Positions 1 through 15,020 of a DNA stretch of 64,000 nucleotides are shown here, piece after piece; position 1 is the stretch's first letter; the number at the start of each line of letters is the position of its first letter. A program made the translations under genes and the position numbers. The stretch lies in the NCBI RefSeq assembly GCF_009914755.1, contig NC_060928.1; one strand, 5' to 3'. The notes under the pieces were generated by a model. It saw only the letters and a list, made by a program, of their open reading frames with translations, searched no databases and was not told the DNA's origin. The stretch is from the human T2T-CHM13v2.0 reference genome, Homo sapiens.

Positions 1-122
1 TTTTAGTAGAGACAGGGTTTCGCCGTGTTAGCCAGGGTGGTCTCGATCTCCTGACCTCATGATCCACCTGCCTCGGCCTCCTAAAGTGCTAAGATTACAG
101 GAGTGAGCCACCGCGCCCGGCC
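1..122 (-). mobile_element. Alu, left-arm portion, cut by window edge
   Basis: gtagagacagggtttc...gattacaggagtgagccaccgcgcccggcc. Confidence 0.95.
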
Positions 123-1067
123 TAACCAATCTATTTTTTAACCTTCTCTTTATTTTTTATAACTTTCTTATAAGTAAGTGGCATTTACAACTTGATGTTG
201 TCCTTTTTAAGGCTTTGATTAGCATTTTCCTAATGTGACATTTTCTCGGAAAATGTTTGCCTTTGTCCCAGGATCCCCCATACTAAGGAACATACTTCTC
301 TGCTGCCCTGAGTATAAGCCAGAGTTGATATATGAAATATTTCATATTTATTAATACCTGGTAAGGTGGAGGCAATGAAGAATCAAATGAATGTTGGCAA
401 CAAGGCTGGAGATGGATCCTTGAAGGCCCCTAAACTTTGACAAGCATTAAACCTTTAGTAGTGAGATCTTAGGGTACAGATTGCTAGTTTGGGTAAGCAG
501 CTACCTACCATGAAGTGTAAAAACATTCCAATATTTAACATCTGCTCCTTAACAAAGAATTTCTCCAATAATGTCTTCCAATACAAGCCTATATTTTTCA
601 TATCTCCACAAGGTGTTGTCCATTAGACTAATCCCTAAACTTAGGCACTAGGATACAGCACGTCTCACAATTAGAGACTATGCCTACACATGTACTGGCT
701 CTTAATTATCCCATGTGGAAATTATCAGAAGCAAAATGACTCCCAGAATTACTATATTTTTGAGGGGATGATGTTGCTCAAGAAACCCAGACTTTGACTG
801 TTAACCCCCTAAGCCCTTGAACCTATGTGAATAAGAAATAAACTAGGAAAGTTGTACGTTCCTCAGAAGAGCATCTTCTCCAAGCTTACTTCAGGTGTGG
901 CCATCTGCATAATTAGCATATTTATCTCCCTAATCCTCCCAGATTCTAGGGATCCTCCTAGAAAAGACAGGGATGGGCAGATTGTCTAATAAAGGAATTT
1001 ACTCCACTGCCAGGGCTAAGTCTTTGCTGTTTAATGTGTGTGTTATAGGCCAGTAATTTGTAAGTAA

Positions 1068-1493
<426 letters not shown>

Positions 1494-1699
1494 TAACTTG
1501 TTTTTTAGCTATTAGTCACTAGACCAGAACATCCACATCTGGATCTGATAGTGAGCAATACTGCACTTAAAGCTAGATCCTAAAATAAATACTATTATGT
1601 GTGGTTATTTTCCATGGAATAAAGATGAATAGCCTCTGTTAAAACATATCTATAGGAAGAAGGATATGTATGGATAGCCACTAGGCTAAGAGGTACACC

Positions 1700-2150
1700 G
1701 TAACAGAGACTATTGGTAATACCCTTCCTCCTTGTCTCATCCACCACAGAGGGCAGTAAAGGTAAATATATATTTTCCCAGCTGCTTCTGCAACCGGTGT
1801 TAGCCATATGACATGCTTCTAAATAAGAACATATAAAGGTCAGAGGTCATATGTGAAAGTTTTACTTTACTGACAAAAGGGGATGCCACTGGTTCTTTAC
1901 CTTACCCCATTTTTCATTACATAAAAGTGGACATGAAACTTGGTGATGTGGCATCCCTCTGATAACCATGAGAAAAACCCCAAGAGAGTTGAAGAGTTGC
2001 AAATCCTGACACTATTACACTACTGAACACATCAGCAATAATCAATCTATCTCCTGATTTCTGTGATATGATAAACAGTTATTCATATTGCTTTAAACCA
2101 CTGTGAACTGGGTTTGCTGTTGTTTGCTGTTGAAAGCATCCTTAACAGAG
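1700..2150 (+). mobile_element. Degenerate MaLR LTR (MLT1-like)
   Basis: tatattttcccagc...gccatatgac and terminal ctgttgaaagcatccttaac resemble MLT1 consensus; bounds approximate. Confidence 0.55.
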
Positions 2151-2650
2151 TCTTTGTAATGTAGTTGAAGTCTTTAGTATCACTGCTCTGGTAAAATCAA
2201 CAGTGAATTTTGCACTGAATATCTTATTCTTTTCTTAGGTCAAAGTCTCTTGTTTCTTCACAGTCCATGTGGGATATACGCTATCTGCCGTGAAATCTGT
2301 CAGGGTGCAGTTTTGCAATAGTCCCAACTGGGCAAACAATACAAGGGCCAGATGGCTATCATGATACATCAATCTTCCCAGAAGTAAATTTTATAATACC
2401 AGATTTAGAAACAACAACAACAGCAAAAAACAGAAGAAAATGAAATTAACTATGAAGTAATAATTAGACATGAATAAACAAAAAAATCATAGCACTTAAT
2501 GCTAGCACTTGCAAGTACGATGCCCACAAGACATTGCTGATAATTATAGCATTATTTCTCACAGATACCACTGAATACTCGAGAATCCTTCCTAATGCAA
2601 AAAGTTCTAGGCAGCCACTACCAATCAGTTGGAGTTGGTATATGATGTAA

Positions 2651-2978
<328 letters not shown>

Positions 2979-4718
2979 ACATAACTGTATTTTTTAACAA
3001 TTACTTACACACATTGTACAGGTATGGTTCATGATTCAAACACAAATCCATGCTGATCCGGGAATTGATAATATCTTTCTTTTTGTTGTTGCAGCGGGTG
3101 TTAGGGTACAAGGTACTGAGTGTTTTAGTCTTGTTTTCTACCCTCTTATTTCCCTTCAGTCCTAATTGACTTTGCCATTTCAAGACTACCTACTCAAGAA
3201 GACACACAGAATCTCATTGAATTTATTCAAAGCCTCATAGTTATGATACTTGTACTCATTACCATAGCCAGCAAACCATCAATGTCCTTTATATTGATAA
3301 TTAATTGCTTTTATCTCTGTCCCTTTGTCTTTATAGCTGAACACTGAAACTTGGTCAAAACTATTCTTACTGTTATGTATAAAAAGATGACTCTACTCAC
3401 CCTACACAAAAGGTTATTTATCTATCAATCATTTTGGAGAAACTACAGCTGTCATTAGAAGGAATTTGCTTCTACATGTGACTTTTGAAACACTGCCCCT
3501 CCCCTATCCAGGAAAATGGATCTTTGTTTGAGTGACCTTCCACTTATCACTTGAAATCTGTCTGGCAACTTACCTGAAAGGAGACTAATAAGGAGTGAAT
3601 TATTAGGAGTTAATGCTTAACACTTTCTTGCCAAGTACATTAAATGTACTTATTTTATCTAGGCTATATTTAAAAAGGGCTAAAATATACCTCAGAAGAT
3701 ACCAAAATAAAGAGAGATGTTATCAGGAAACTCAGACAAATTGCTGTTTGGTGACTTGAAAGGAAAGAATTACATAGGAGAAGAGCAAATGAGAAGGTAC
3801 AAAGAAAATGTAATATAGTTTGTGGGGAACAAAATAAAGCATAAAATTAAGTTTAATAACATTTTGGAAATAAACGTATGTACATAAAAAAAAAACTAAG
3901 AAAAAATGGGCTTCTAATTAAAGCCAAGCCAGAAGTAAAAAGAGAGAGTGTAAAAAATATAGAAAGGTTGACTTAAAATCAGCTGATGTCACGGAGAAAG
4001 AATGAGCACAGAAATCCCAGCTCCCCATGTTATAATGACATGAACTTGAAAAATAACCCTAAATTCTCTCATTGTAGGTGATGCTGTGAACCCTCCCCAA
4101 GGGAGGTACCAAAAGCCTGCATGAAGCAAAAACTGGAAACAAATAAAGGAGAGTATGGTGACTTTGCACTAAGTTACTCATTTATTCACATAATTAATGA
4201 GTTTCTATTAGTGTTAGGCACCGTTCTAGATGATGGTATAATTAGTTAACAAAAACCTCAAAACTCTCGCCCCCCCATGGAGCTTACATTTCCAGGGAGG
4301 GAGAGAGATGATACAACAATAAGAAAATACAGAGCTAATGTCATTCTATATTGTGTAATTATGTAAAATCAAGCCTGAGTATTTGACAGCTTCTCAGATA
4401 CCACAGATCTGTTGTTTAATGAAATCAGCCTAAAAGATAAAATTGTGTATTTGCATGTACACATCACCTTGCCTGTATTATGAGTCAGCGTTTCTTCTTA
4501 TAAGAAACCACAGCTTGGTAAAAGGTAGAAGCTCAATTTCCTAATAAAGAGATATGTTTTACTAGGCAGGCTGTTGCACTGCATATTACTCTCTCTGACC
4601 TTGGCTTTAGTCCAAGGAGGATTAAACCCAGAAAGAGAAGGGAGTAAAGCAAGGTGTAGCAGAAAAGCAAAACAAAACAATACAAAATAACCTCAAAGAA
4701 ATTAGTAACAATAATTAG

Positions 4719-5052
<334 letters not shown>

Positions 5053-5141
5053 GAGATTACATCTTTTTGAAAGCTAAATATATATATATAACACTGAGTG
5101 AAGGAGTTATGTTTTCAGGTAAGGGCTACTGTTCTTGACAA

Positions 5142-5170
5142 TCCATCATCCATCCATCCATCCATCCATC
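5142..5170. repeat. (CATC)n microsatellite
   Basis: Directly visible. Confidence 0.9.
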
Positions 5171-8100
5171 TGTGTATTCTGGAAGGAGTGAGGAACTCAT
5201 GCAAAGACATAAACAAGTTTACTCTCCATAGCAAAGAGTTGCCCTGATACATGATTGCTTGCAAACTTATATTCAAGTCCTGTGGTGTTTATTCTGTAGG
5301 CTTTGCCAATATAGCTGAATCTTAGGAAAAGACAAACCAAAACAAAATTGTAACATAAGCCATATTTGTCTTCAGTCCAGCCTTTTTTTCTGTTACTGCA
5401 CATTTCCAAACCTTTGCATTTTCTTTGTAACCCATAGGCTTGAGTGTTCAGTTTCTTAAAGTGGCTAGATGTCCCTGTCCACAATAGACAAAGTCACACC
5501 AAAATCCTAAAAAGAGAAAATTTGCTTCCCATCAAAGGCCTGACATACTTTTGCCATGAATGATATAGAAAGATTCTATAATAGATTAAAGGAAGCTCTG
5601 GGAAATTTGTTTTAAATACAATCAGTCTTACATAGACATATATCTTTAAAGTCGACTGCTTGACATTTTTTCCTTAAGATGAAAATTAAATAATGGCCCC
5701 TGTAAAAAATCATCAAAGGTCTCCCTTCACTGAAAAAATAAGCAAAATAATGAGACTGAAGCTCAACTTCTGTTTTGCCCACCTTGAATCCCTTTGACAC
5801 ACTTCCAAGTCTACCTTACAGCAGTAGGAGCGATTCCATAAACTGGAGATTTATAACATGACAAGTCAACCCAGATCCTTATGAAACTAGAAATGAGTCA
5901 GCAACATTATAGCTGCTTGAAATTCAGGGCATTTCAGAGTGAGGGGGAGAAATCTTCAAGAATTTCACAGAGGATGTTTTACTTTCTGAAAAATTGCTGA
6001 GAATTCTTCAGAGGCAAAGTGGTGCCTGGGTTTTTATTTTCCATGTCTAGGTGGTCAGTGAACCAAGGCTTTATGAGCTGGGATCAGATAGCTGGCAATA
6101 AGGGCCACATCATCATCTGGATATCTAATTACTTACACACCCCCTTTCCTAAAAAGTGGTTAACCTTCAATGAATCCCTACTTCTTAATGCAGGAGCCAG
6201 TTTATGACAGCCTTGTACTGCATTAAGCCTTGTACTGAAGGCTCTCAATGAACTGGCTCCTGCATAACCATCCACATGTCTCCGCTCCAGATTTCCTACC
6301 CTTCCCCTCTACACCCATTGCAAATATCCGTGAAACTGAAAGCTTTTCATTTCTTCAATGGATCGTGCTCAAGTTCTAATTATTATTGAGTTTATACTTG
6401 ATAAACTCTTAATAAATAAAAATTATTATACATAATAATAATAATAACAAAAATAGAATTTCATCTCTTGAGTATCTACTTTGTGTTGGATATAAGGATA
6501 TAAGTCTAGCACTTACCTATATTTTGTTAACTTTCACAAAAACTCTGCAAGCAAGGCTGACCTATTTTGGGGCTCAGGAACCTGCATTTTAAGAGGATCA
6601 GTAATAGGTCCAGGGTAACATGGCTAACACATGGCAGATATGGAATTTTAGCATATGTGCAAGCCCACTACTTCTGCTTCTTCCTTGACATTCAAGATTC
6701 AGTTCATGGCAGCTATGCCGAGAAAGATTTTCTCTGATGCTCTCTGCCCCTATGGAGGAAAACGGGGGCTTCTCTTGCCACTTGAAAAGCAGTTAAGGGC
6801 TCTGTGATGCTTTTATTCTAATGTCCTCACTGACTTACTTACTGGTCTGTCTCTCCCTCCAACTTGGATTGGGAGCAACAATCCGGGACTCTTTCTTCTC
6901 CACAGCTTCATTCTCTAGCACATGGTAGGTGCTCATAAAATATTTCTCACACTTGGCCTAGCATAAATGAACGAATGATTTAAAAGATGCTGCATAACTA
7001 CTCAGGGACCAGGTAAAGCCCAGGGAGTAACCCTGCCAAGCCATCCTCAGTCAGCACCATCTGAAGCTACTTTTATGCTATAATAATTTGCCGCGAAAAC
7101 TAAATGGAATAACCAGATGCGGCTAAAAGTTTTGTTTTTTCAGCCCTCACCCTCACCCCGGCACCCTGGCCCAATTCACCTCCAAAATGATCCAGAAAAA
7201 CTAAAAGACAAAATTATTGCCCTACAAGGAGGTTTATAAGGGAGCATGAAAGGCGCTGCTGTGAGCCTGTGTGGAGGGAAATCATGATAAAGGCCATTAG
7301 GAGGCTTTATTGAATTGTAACCTGGGAGAAATGTGGCTGGATTCATCAGGCCGTGGTTAGGGGACCTAGGAGCAAATTTTACTGGCTGACCTTAGCTAGA
7401 GAATTGATTTTTCTTTTCTCACAGCTCCCATAACAAGAGTGAAACAGAGAAAAGACTGGAGGCCAGCAGGGATGGAGAGAAGAGATAGCAGTTCTGTGAC
7501 AGCCCAGCTGGAGGGAGTCTTCCTTTCCTCCTTCAAGGAGAATGTACTCTGTGTAGGACTGAGGCCTCGGGTAGAGAGGCCCCGACAGGACCCTGCTGAA
7601 GATGAAACACCTGTGTCCCTGGGTTCCACTGGGTTAAGAATTTCCAGACCATATCAGAAAGCAGGTCACAGAATCGGGGTCCCAGGTGGGGACACCATGG
7701 TTTCCTGCTTCATTTTCAAGTGCCAAATGAGGCATATGAAATTATTCTCTCTCTCTTTGTTTCTATCTCTGTCTCTTTCTCTTTGTTTCCATCTTTGTCT
7801 CTTTCCCTCTGTTCTCTCTTTCTTTCTTTCTCTGTCTCTCTGAGTTTGACAAGGAATCAGTATCACACATAAGTGCTCTACACACTTGTTTACCAGGTAA
7901 TATATATTTTCAGCCCACTAAATGTCTTATAACCTACTACCATGAGAGGACTCAGTAGGAGTTGAAGGTAGCAATATCTATTTACATGAAGAAGCCCTTC
8001 CAAAGCATTCCACTTATTAAATAATGAAAACTCCTCTCTGGCAATGATTATTATCATAGAAGTCACACAGTCATTTGTACTTTAAAAAAGATAACCATGA

Positions 8101-8289
8101 TGTTTTTTAAACGTCACCTCTAGTAATTTCTGAACTGCAACCATGATTCTTGATAAAAATAGCTATTTGTAGGTGTAATCACACTTACCTTGTGGGGACT
8201 GTGAGCATCCAATGAGATGAGGTATCTCCAACATAGAGTGCCTCAACAGAGAAATAATCATTTTATCAATGCTTGCTGTTATTGTTAGC

Positions 8290-8400
8290 CATATTACTAT
8301 TATCTCCATTTTACAGATGAAGAAACTGAGGCTTAGAGGAGTTACAAATTTGCCCAAAGAAACACAGCTAGTAGATGGAGCTTGGATTTGGTTCCACTTG
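8290..8400 (-). mobile_element. MIR fragment
   Basis: Core ccattttacagatgaagaaactgaggcttagag. Confidence 0.8.
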
Positions 8401-9019
8401 GGCCATGGAAAGAATATAATGAAGTCTCTTAACAAAATCAAAATGAGCGCAGAATCAGAGGAGCAGAGAGGTTCATGAGGCTACCTCCTCCTCTGCCTTA
8501 ACTCACAAGAGAATGCCAATGGAAGCTTTCCAATAGGTTAAGTAAGGAAGGTCCAGCAGTATTTTGTGCGGTGAGAAAGCAGCTGTTCTCTGGGTCATTT
8601 TCACCAAAGGCCTCCCTAACCATCATCAGGAACAAACTTGCTCAAGCTGTGTTTACTGGGGAACTTGCTGTAACTGCTTAGAACTCAATTGCATTCTGAC
8701 ACTCTATTCAACTTCCAGCTTATTTCCCATCACTGACCCTGATCTTATTAGAAAAACCTTGGAGAATATCAGTAATGGCACCTTTTTATTTTTTGACAAG
8801 TTACTCCAGAATGTATTTAATATCTTAAAATTGTCATTGATTGAAACTAGTAATTTTAAATGAGCAGTTTCAAACTAATATTTCTCTTTTTTTTTTCCTT
8901 AATATTTTTTTCTCCCTAGTCACATACTTGGTCTTTTCAAGGGTATCTTCCTAAGTGGTCAACAAGCTATAAAATTCTCTAATGACAGAGGACGATAGAT
9001 AGAGGGAAAATTTTTGGTA

Positions 9020-9254
9020 CAGGTTTAGCATCCCGAATTTGAATATCTGAAATCCCAAATGCTCTAAAATCCAAAACTTTTTGAGGGCTGACATGATGCC
9101 CAAAGGAAATGCTCATTGGAGCATTTTGGATTTCAGGTTTTCAGATTAGGGACACTTAAGCAGCAAGTGTAATACAAATATCCTAAAGCCCCCCAAATGG
9201 ACAATTCAAAGCACTTCTGGTCCCAAGCATTTTGGAGAAGGGATACTCAACCTG
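9020..9254. mobile_element. Complete non-autonomous Tigger4/MER46-type (TcMar) DNA transposon
   Basis: TA target duplication at both ends; terminal inverted repeats caggtttagcatccc / gggatactcaacctg. Confidence 0.85.
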
Positions 9255-9949
9255 TAGCATAGGCCATCTCCAGGTGCTTGAGTTGCTTCCCTCTGAATGT
9301 CTTACCTAGAACAGAGCTTAGCACATAGGAGGTGCTCAGGAAATATTTAACAAATTATGGAAAGTCATTTCTAACTGAAACTTATTAAGACAATTAGAGG
9401 CTTAGATCTCAATACCCAGTTTTTCTGTGGGGTTTTGTAAGCAAGGAAATGCCAAAAACATGTGGATAGAATAAGTGACTGCTTCTCTGAGGTTTGGGAG
9501 GCAATAAAGTTTTGTCTACTTCAAAAATTTATCTTTCTCAGCAACCTTTACCAACTGAAATTTCTCTATTTGACTCTGTATTTAGTACCTAAGGAAAGGC
9601 ACTGACTTTGGAATTAAGAGCTATTAGGCAAGATAAGTTTATTTAATTAGCTAATTAAGACCCTGGACCCCTAAAGGACAGGGATAGGGCTGGTGAGACA
9701 CAGTTTCAGGAAAGAATAAAAGGGTGCTTGACTAAAAGGGCAGCATGATTTGTTGCTGTTTGAACAGAGGGAGTGGGAAGGAGAATGCCAAAGGTAAGGG
9801 ATGGCCACCCCAAGATGTAATTCACCAACTTAAACAGCCCTGGCCCCAGTTCTGAAGGAATGCTATGTATTTGCTCCAAGAAGCTACATTTGCATGATCC
9901 ATGAGAGAAATGCAGCAGCATTAAAAAAACAAAAACAAAGCAAAACGTG

Positions 9950-10170
9950 GGTTTAGAGTGCAGAACACCTAAATTTGCATTCCAGCTCTCTCACTTTTTA
10001 GCAGCAGTAGCAAGTGACTTACTGTGTGTTAGCTCCATTTCCTCATCTGTAAAGTGGGGACAGTTGCTGCTCCCATTCTGAATTGTGATAAGGCATAACT
10101 GATGTCACAAATATTCTAATGTAGAGTCTGCTGCAGAAGAGGCATTCAGTAAATGGTGGCTATCATTGAC
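9950..10170 (+). mobile_element. MIR
   Basis: tttcctcatctgtaaagtgggga core; cagtaaatggtggctatcatt tail. Confidence 0.7.
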
Positions 10171-11650
10171 AATAATTCTTTTCAAAGTAATCTTTATCTT
10201 ACTAAAGCAGAAATGAAAGAGGGAACTGAAAAGGAGCGGGAGCAGCAGGGATAGGAGTATTTATAAAGCATCTAATATATGCTAAATATCTACTCAATTA
10301 CTCTTCATATACAAACACTCCATGTGAGACAATACAATTTGTATATATGAATTTTGCCTCCTTAACTTTTCTCTGCTCACTTCACTATATCCCTTAGGTC
10401 CAAATTATTCAGGTTTTTCAATATATGGAAATAAATAGCGATGAGAAAAGGAAAAACAAGAGAGGAAGAAAGAGGAAGTTCTATGTAAGCCAAAAACTTA
10501 CCTGCTTGAATGCCAAACCATGCTCTTTTCTTAAAACTCTGAGCACCCCTTCATGGGGAGAGGGAGAGTCCCACACTGCAAGTAGGAATCAAATCCTAGG
10601 AACAGCAGCCCCTATATCAAATGGAAACCCTATGTGCGCTGGACCTAAAACTTTCATTTTAAAACTAAAGAGAAAGCAGCCATAGGGAAGGGTGGATCAA
10701 GCAAATCACAGAGTAACATTATGCAACATTCTCTTATCATCTTGGGATATTCCGGAACAGAAGAGGTTCCATCCCTCCTGCTATTTTTTCATCACCTCTT
10801 CAGAAGTATTCAAATGAGTTAAGACAACTGCTTCACTTGGCATTTGGATCCATCTATTACTACTCCAGGGCTCGGGTGCTTAGTCATTTCTTAGCTCATG
10901 TCACTGCCACTTTGTTCTCGCATTTGACACTGACTCCAATAACCTTGTAGCATCTGCCCTCCCAATTCCCTTGAAAACCCTGAGCAGCCTGCTTCGATGA
11001 ATGCTCGTTTGAATGTCCTTTTTTTTTTTTTTTTTCCTGTCTCTCTCTCTCTCTTTTTGACAGGGAAAACAGCTATCAGGTTTCTGGAACATTCTTGAAT
11101 AGCTAATTCCTGGAGTCCTTGTCCTCACTTCTTCTCCTCTGTACCTCACTGGCATTTGCTCCAAGATCTCCTTTTCAAACAACGTCCTGGCACTGAGCTG
11201 AGATTTCCAAATGTTAACTCCCTGGCATCCATCCTGTAGGTGCAGAAAGGATTCTTCCCTGATTTGCACACAAACCTTTTCATTTCGATGCATATCAGGG
11301 TCATCTCGGCTTTGTGCCTTGCCTACAAGGTGGTTTGGAGGCCATGTCCCAGAGAACAAATTAAAGAGATTTTCCTCCTCCTTTTCAGAACATCTCCCCC
11401 CAGCCACTCTCACCTGGGCATCTGGAAACTCAGTCCTTCCAGGCTCTTATTTTTACCTCCGTGGGCTGAGTCCCAGGGTGGACACTGACCTACATACCAG
11501 CTTTTCAGACTCCTTTCAGGAAGGCCTGCAAAATTCTCCAGCAGCTTGCCTGTGCTGTTCTCATGCCCTTGCTCAGGGGAAAGCTTGTCTAAAGCTCCTG
11601 TGATCAAAGGACCTTTCCTTCCCAGGTGCCACTATCAATACAATTTCAGC

Positions 11651-11669
11651 AGAGCACCAGGGGGCAGTC
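11651..11669 (+). promoter_or_regulatory. Candidate CTCF site (agagCACCAGGGGGCAGtc)
   Basis: One mismatch to the core CCASYAGRKGGCRS; motif match only. Confidence 0.55.
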
Positions 11670-11819
11670 TACATGTCTCCTCTGGGTGAAGGTGTGTCCT
11701 CACCTGCCTGATATCCATTAGTTTCCACATTCTCTACCTGATTCTTAGAAACAGAATTTAAATGGAGCATAGTAAGAGGGGGAAAAGAGGAAAAGAAAGA
11801 AACAGAGGTAAAGAGAGAA

Positions 11820-13400
11820 TCCACTCATTCATCACTCATCCAGCCATTCCTTCCTTCACTCATGCATTCATACAGGCTTTTTTTAGTGTTACTCTATGGA
11901 GCTGAGAAAAGTGTTGGGGATTCAAAGGTGTAAATGGTGCGGTCTTTGCCCTCCAGAAACTCAAGACTCTACTGAAGAAAGAGAAAGAATTCCAACTGTG
12001 TATAAACAGAGCCTATTACTTAAGTAATTAACCAATGCTGAAGCAAGATTAGGGGTTCAATAAAAACTTCCTAGAAGAAATAGTGACTTAGTTGAATCTT
12101 GATGGAAACAGAAATTCTATGGTAGGCCTGCTTGGGTCAGACAATGACAAGTGCTAAATAAATGTGAACAAAATAGACTCTGTCTCTGGCATCCTGTAAT
12201 GTAAATTCCAGAGCAGAACATGAGAGGTGTGGTTAGGAGAAGAGAGGAGGATCATAGAGTCTAGCTGTAGAGGACAAACATGAGTTGCCAATTATTGATG
12301 TTCCTATGTCCCTGGCATCACATTAAACACCTCATATTTAATCTTTACAATGACATTATGTAGCAGGTATTGTTATTTGCATTTTAAAAGTAATACTACT
12401 AAAATTTAGATGATAAACAACCTGCCTACTATCACATAGCTTATAAATACTAGATCTGGACTTTGATCACGGGTATGTCTTACCCCAAAGCATAGACTCT
12501 TAGCCACCCTGGAAAAAACTCCCATAGCCTCTCAGATAGAGAAAGAAAGGTAGGGCATTCCAAGCAGAGAGAACAGCTTTTACAAAATTTTAGAAATATA
12601 ATAGAGTCTATTCCACAAAACGCAAAAATTGCAGTAGGAGTGGAGCTGTGGGGCTGAGAGCGTGGTGAAAATAACTTTTGAATGAGAGGGTGGGGATCAT
12701 TCAGGGATAAACTTATACTTGATGCTAGAGACTTTATGTTTGATTCCAGGAAACCAGGTGAAACTGTTGGTAGGCTCTAGATAAGAGAGATAGGATAGAA
12801 TGTTAGCATTTTAGAAGCAATGTTTTGACTGCAAAGTGGAAGATATAGTGAAATTGGTTGTAAATGGAAAAATGCAGATGAAAGATGATTGATTTGAGGG
12901 CTTTGAAAGAAGTAAAATAAACAAGACTTGGTAATCAATTAGATGTGATTGTGAATGGCAGGGAGGGCTTGTGTGACTCCTAAGCTTTGGGCCAGGGAAA
13001 TTTGAGTTGATGACAATCTCTGAAAATGGAAGAATATAAGTAGATTTTGGTTGTGAATAAGATAATGGGTTCAGTTTGAGACATACTATGTTTAAACTTT
13101 GGGAGAAAACTCAAAAGGAGGTGTCCAGTAGTTAGTGAGTCAAAAGCTTGGGAGAGTGATTTCAGTTGGGGAAATAGATTTAGAGTCATTTCCCATGGTC
13201 TTAGGGAAGTCAATGTTACTGCAGTCAATGATACATCTCAAGGAAAACATGGACAAAGAAAAGAAATATGATTAAAGAAAACAACTAAGGGAATATTTGC
13301 ATGAAAGATTCAAGTAGAAGAATAGTAGTTAATGAAGGAGAACATAAAGGAGTGGCTAGAGTGGCCAGGAAAAGACGAGAGGTTGATGCACAAAGTACAT
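11820..13400 (-). mobile_element. Fragmented L2 LINE with an interspersed MIR (~12290-12510)
   Basis: cattcat-type L2 tail; aagacttggtaatcaattagatgtg and cagtttgagacatact L2 motifs; bounds approximate. Confidence 0.6.
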
Positions 13401-13659
13401 TTTTTCATTTGCATAGAATGTCAGAATTGGAAATTGTCTGGCTCTTTACTTTACAGATGTAGCCGATGGATCCTGGAGAGATAAAGCACATTGGCAAAGT
13501 AATTGCAGCTGGTTAACATTAAAGCCAGAACTAGAACCCAGAGCTTCTGGTTCCAACCTTGGCCAGAGTCTTTGTGTTGTTTTTATTTCCCTTAGCCTCA
13601 CTGTCTAGAACAGTGTATGGGAAGTAAAATAAAATTGATTTTTTAAAAATGCATTATTT

Positions 13660-13960
13660 TTAATTGTTTTATTATTTTAGAGACAGAGTCTTGCTATGTT
13701 GCCAAGGCTGGAGTGAAGTCTCATAATCATGGTTCACTGTGAACTCGATCTCCACAGCTCAAGGGATCCTCCTGCTTCAGCATCCCAACTAGCCAGGAAT
13801 GCAGGCATGTACCATCATACTCAGCAAATGTTTGTATTTTTTGTAGGGTTAGAGTCTTGCTATGTTGCCCAGGCTAGTCTTAAACTCCTGGCTTCAAGTC
13901 ATCATTCCCACCTCAGCCTCCCACAGTGCTGGTATTACAGGCATGAGCCCCACACCCAAC
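13660..13960 (-). mobile_element. Old AluJ
   Basis: atcatggttcactg and ctcaagggatcctcctgc diagnostics; high divergence. Confidence 0.88.
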
Positions 13961-14427
13961 CAAATGTATCCTTTGACCCCAAATTTTATCACTAGTTTCC
14001 ATTTTTTCAAAGACATTTATCTTCTTGGCCACTAATTATGAAAACGGAGCATGACCATTGTTTGCCAGGTCCTTTTAGATAGATTAACCTAAAAAAATGG
14101 GTCAGATGAACCCCACCAAGTTGGCTTTCTTTTCCTATTTTCTATTGAGGAAACCGAGGCTAAGACATGTAAAGAAATAAATGCCCTAGAGTCCCATAAC
14201 TAGGGTAGACCATTATTTCATTGTCAGGTTGTCCTAATTATTTCTCAGTCAACCTCTTGGGGATTCAGTGCTGAATCTACATGCAAACTACCCAGAAGAA
14301 ATCATTTGGGGGTAGAATCTTAATAATTTGAAGGGGGATAGGTTGATTTTAAAACTTTGTTCTCTGTACTAGGGTACTTAGATTAGGTCTAAAGCAGGGC
14401 CATAGCTTTGGGGCAATTAGCAATATC

Positions 14428-15020
<593 letters not shown>

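Noticed and set aside
330-347. 18-bp palindrome atatgaaatatttcatat (also an AT-rich quasi-palindrome at ~36361-36396)
   Set aside because: Low-complexity AT-rich sequence with no contextual support
8183-8243. Strong minus-strand donor AAG|GTAAGT as a cryptic exon
   Set aside because: The nearest upstream acceptor is a weak GAG, so no convincing exon definition
10901-11603. Overlapping 170-aa and 130-aa ORFs
   Set aside because: No recognisable domain, crosses poly(T)/(CT)n tracts; compatible with chance
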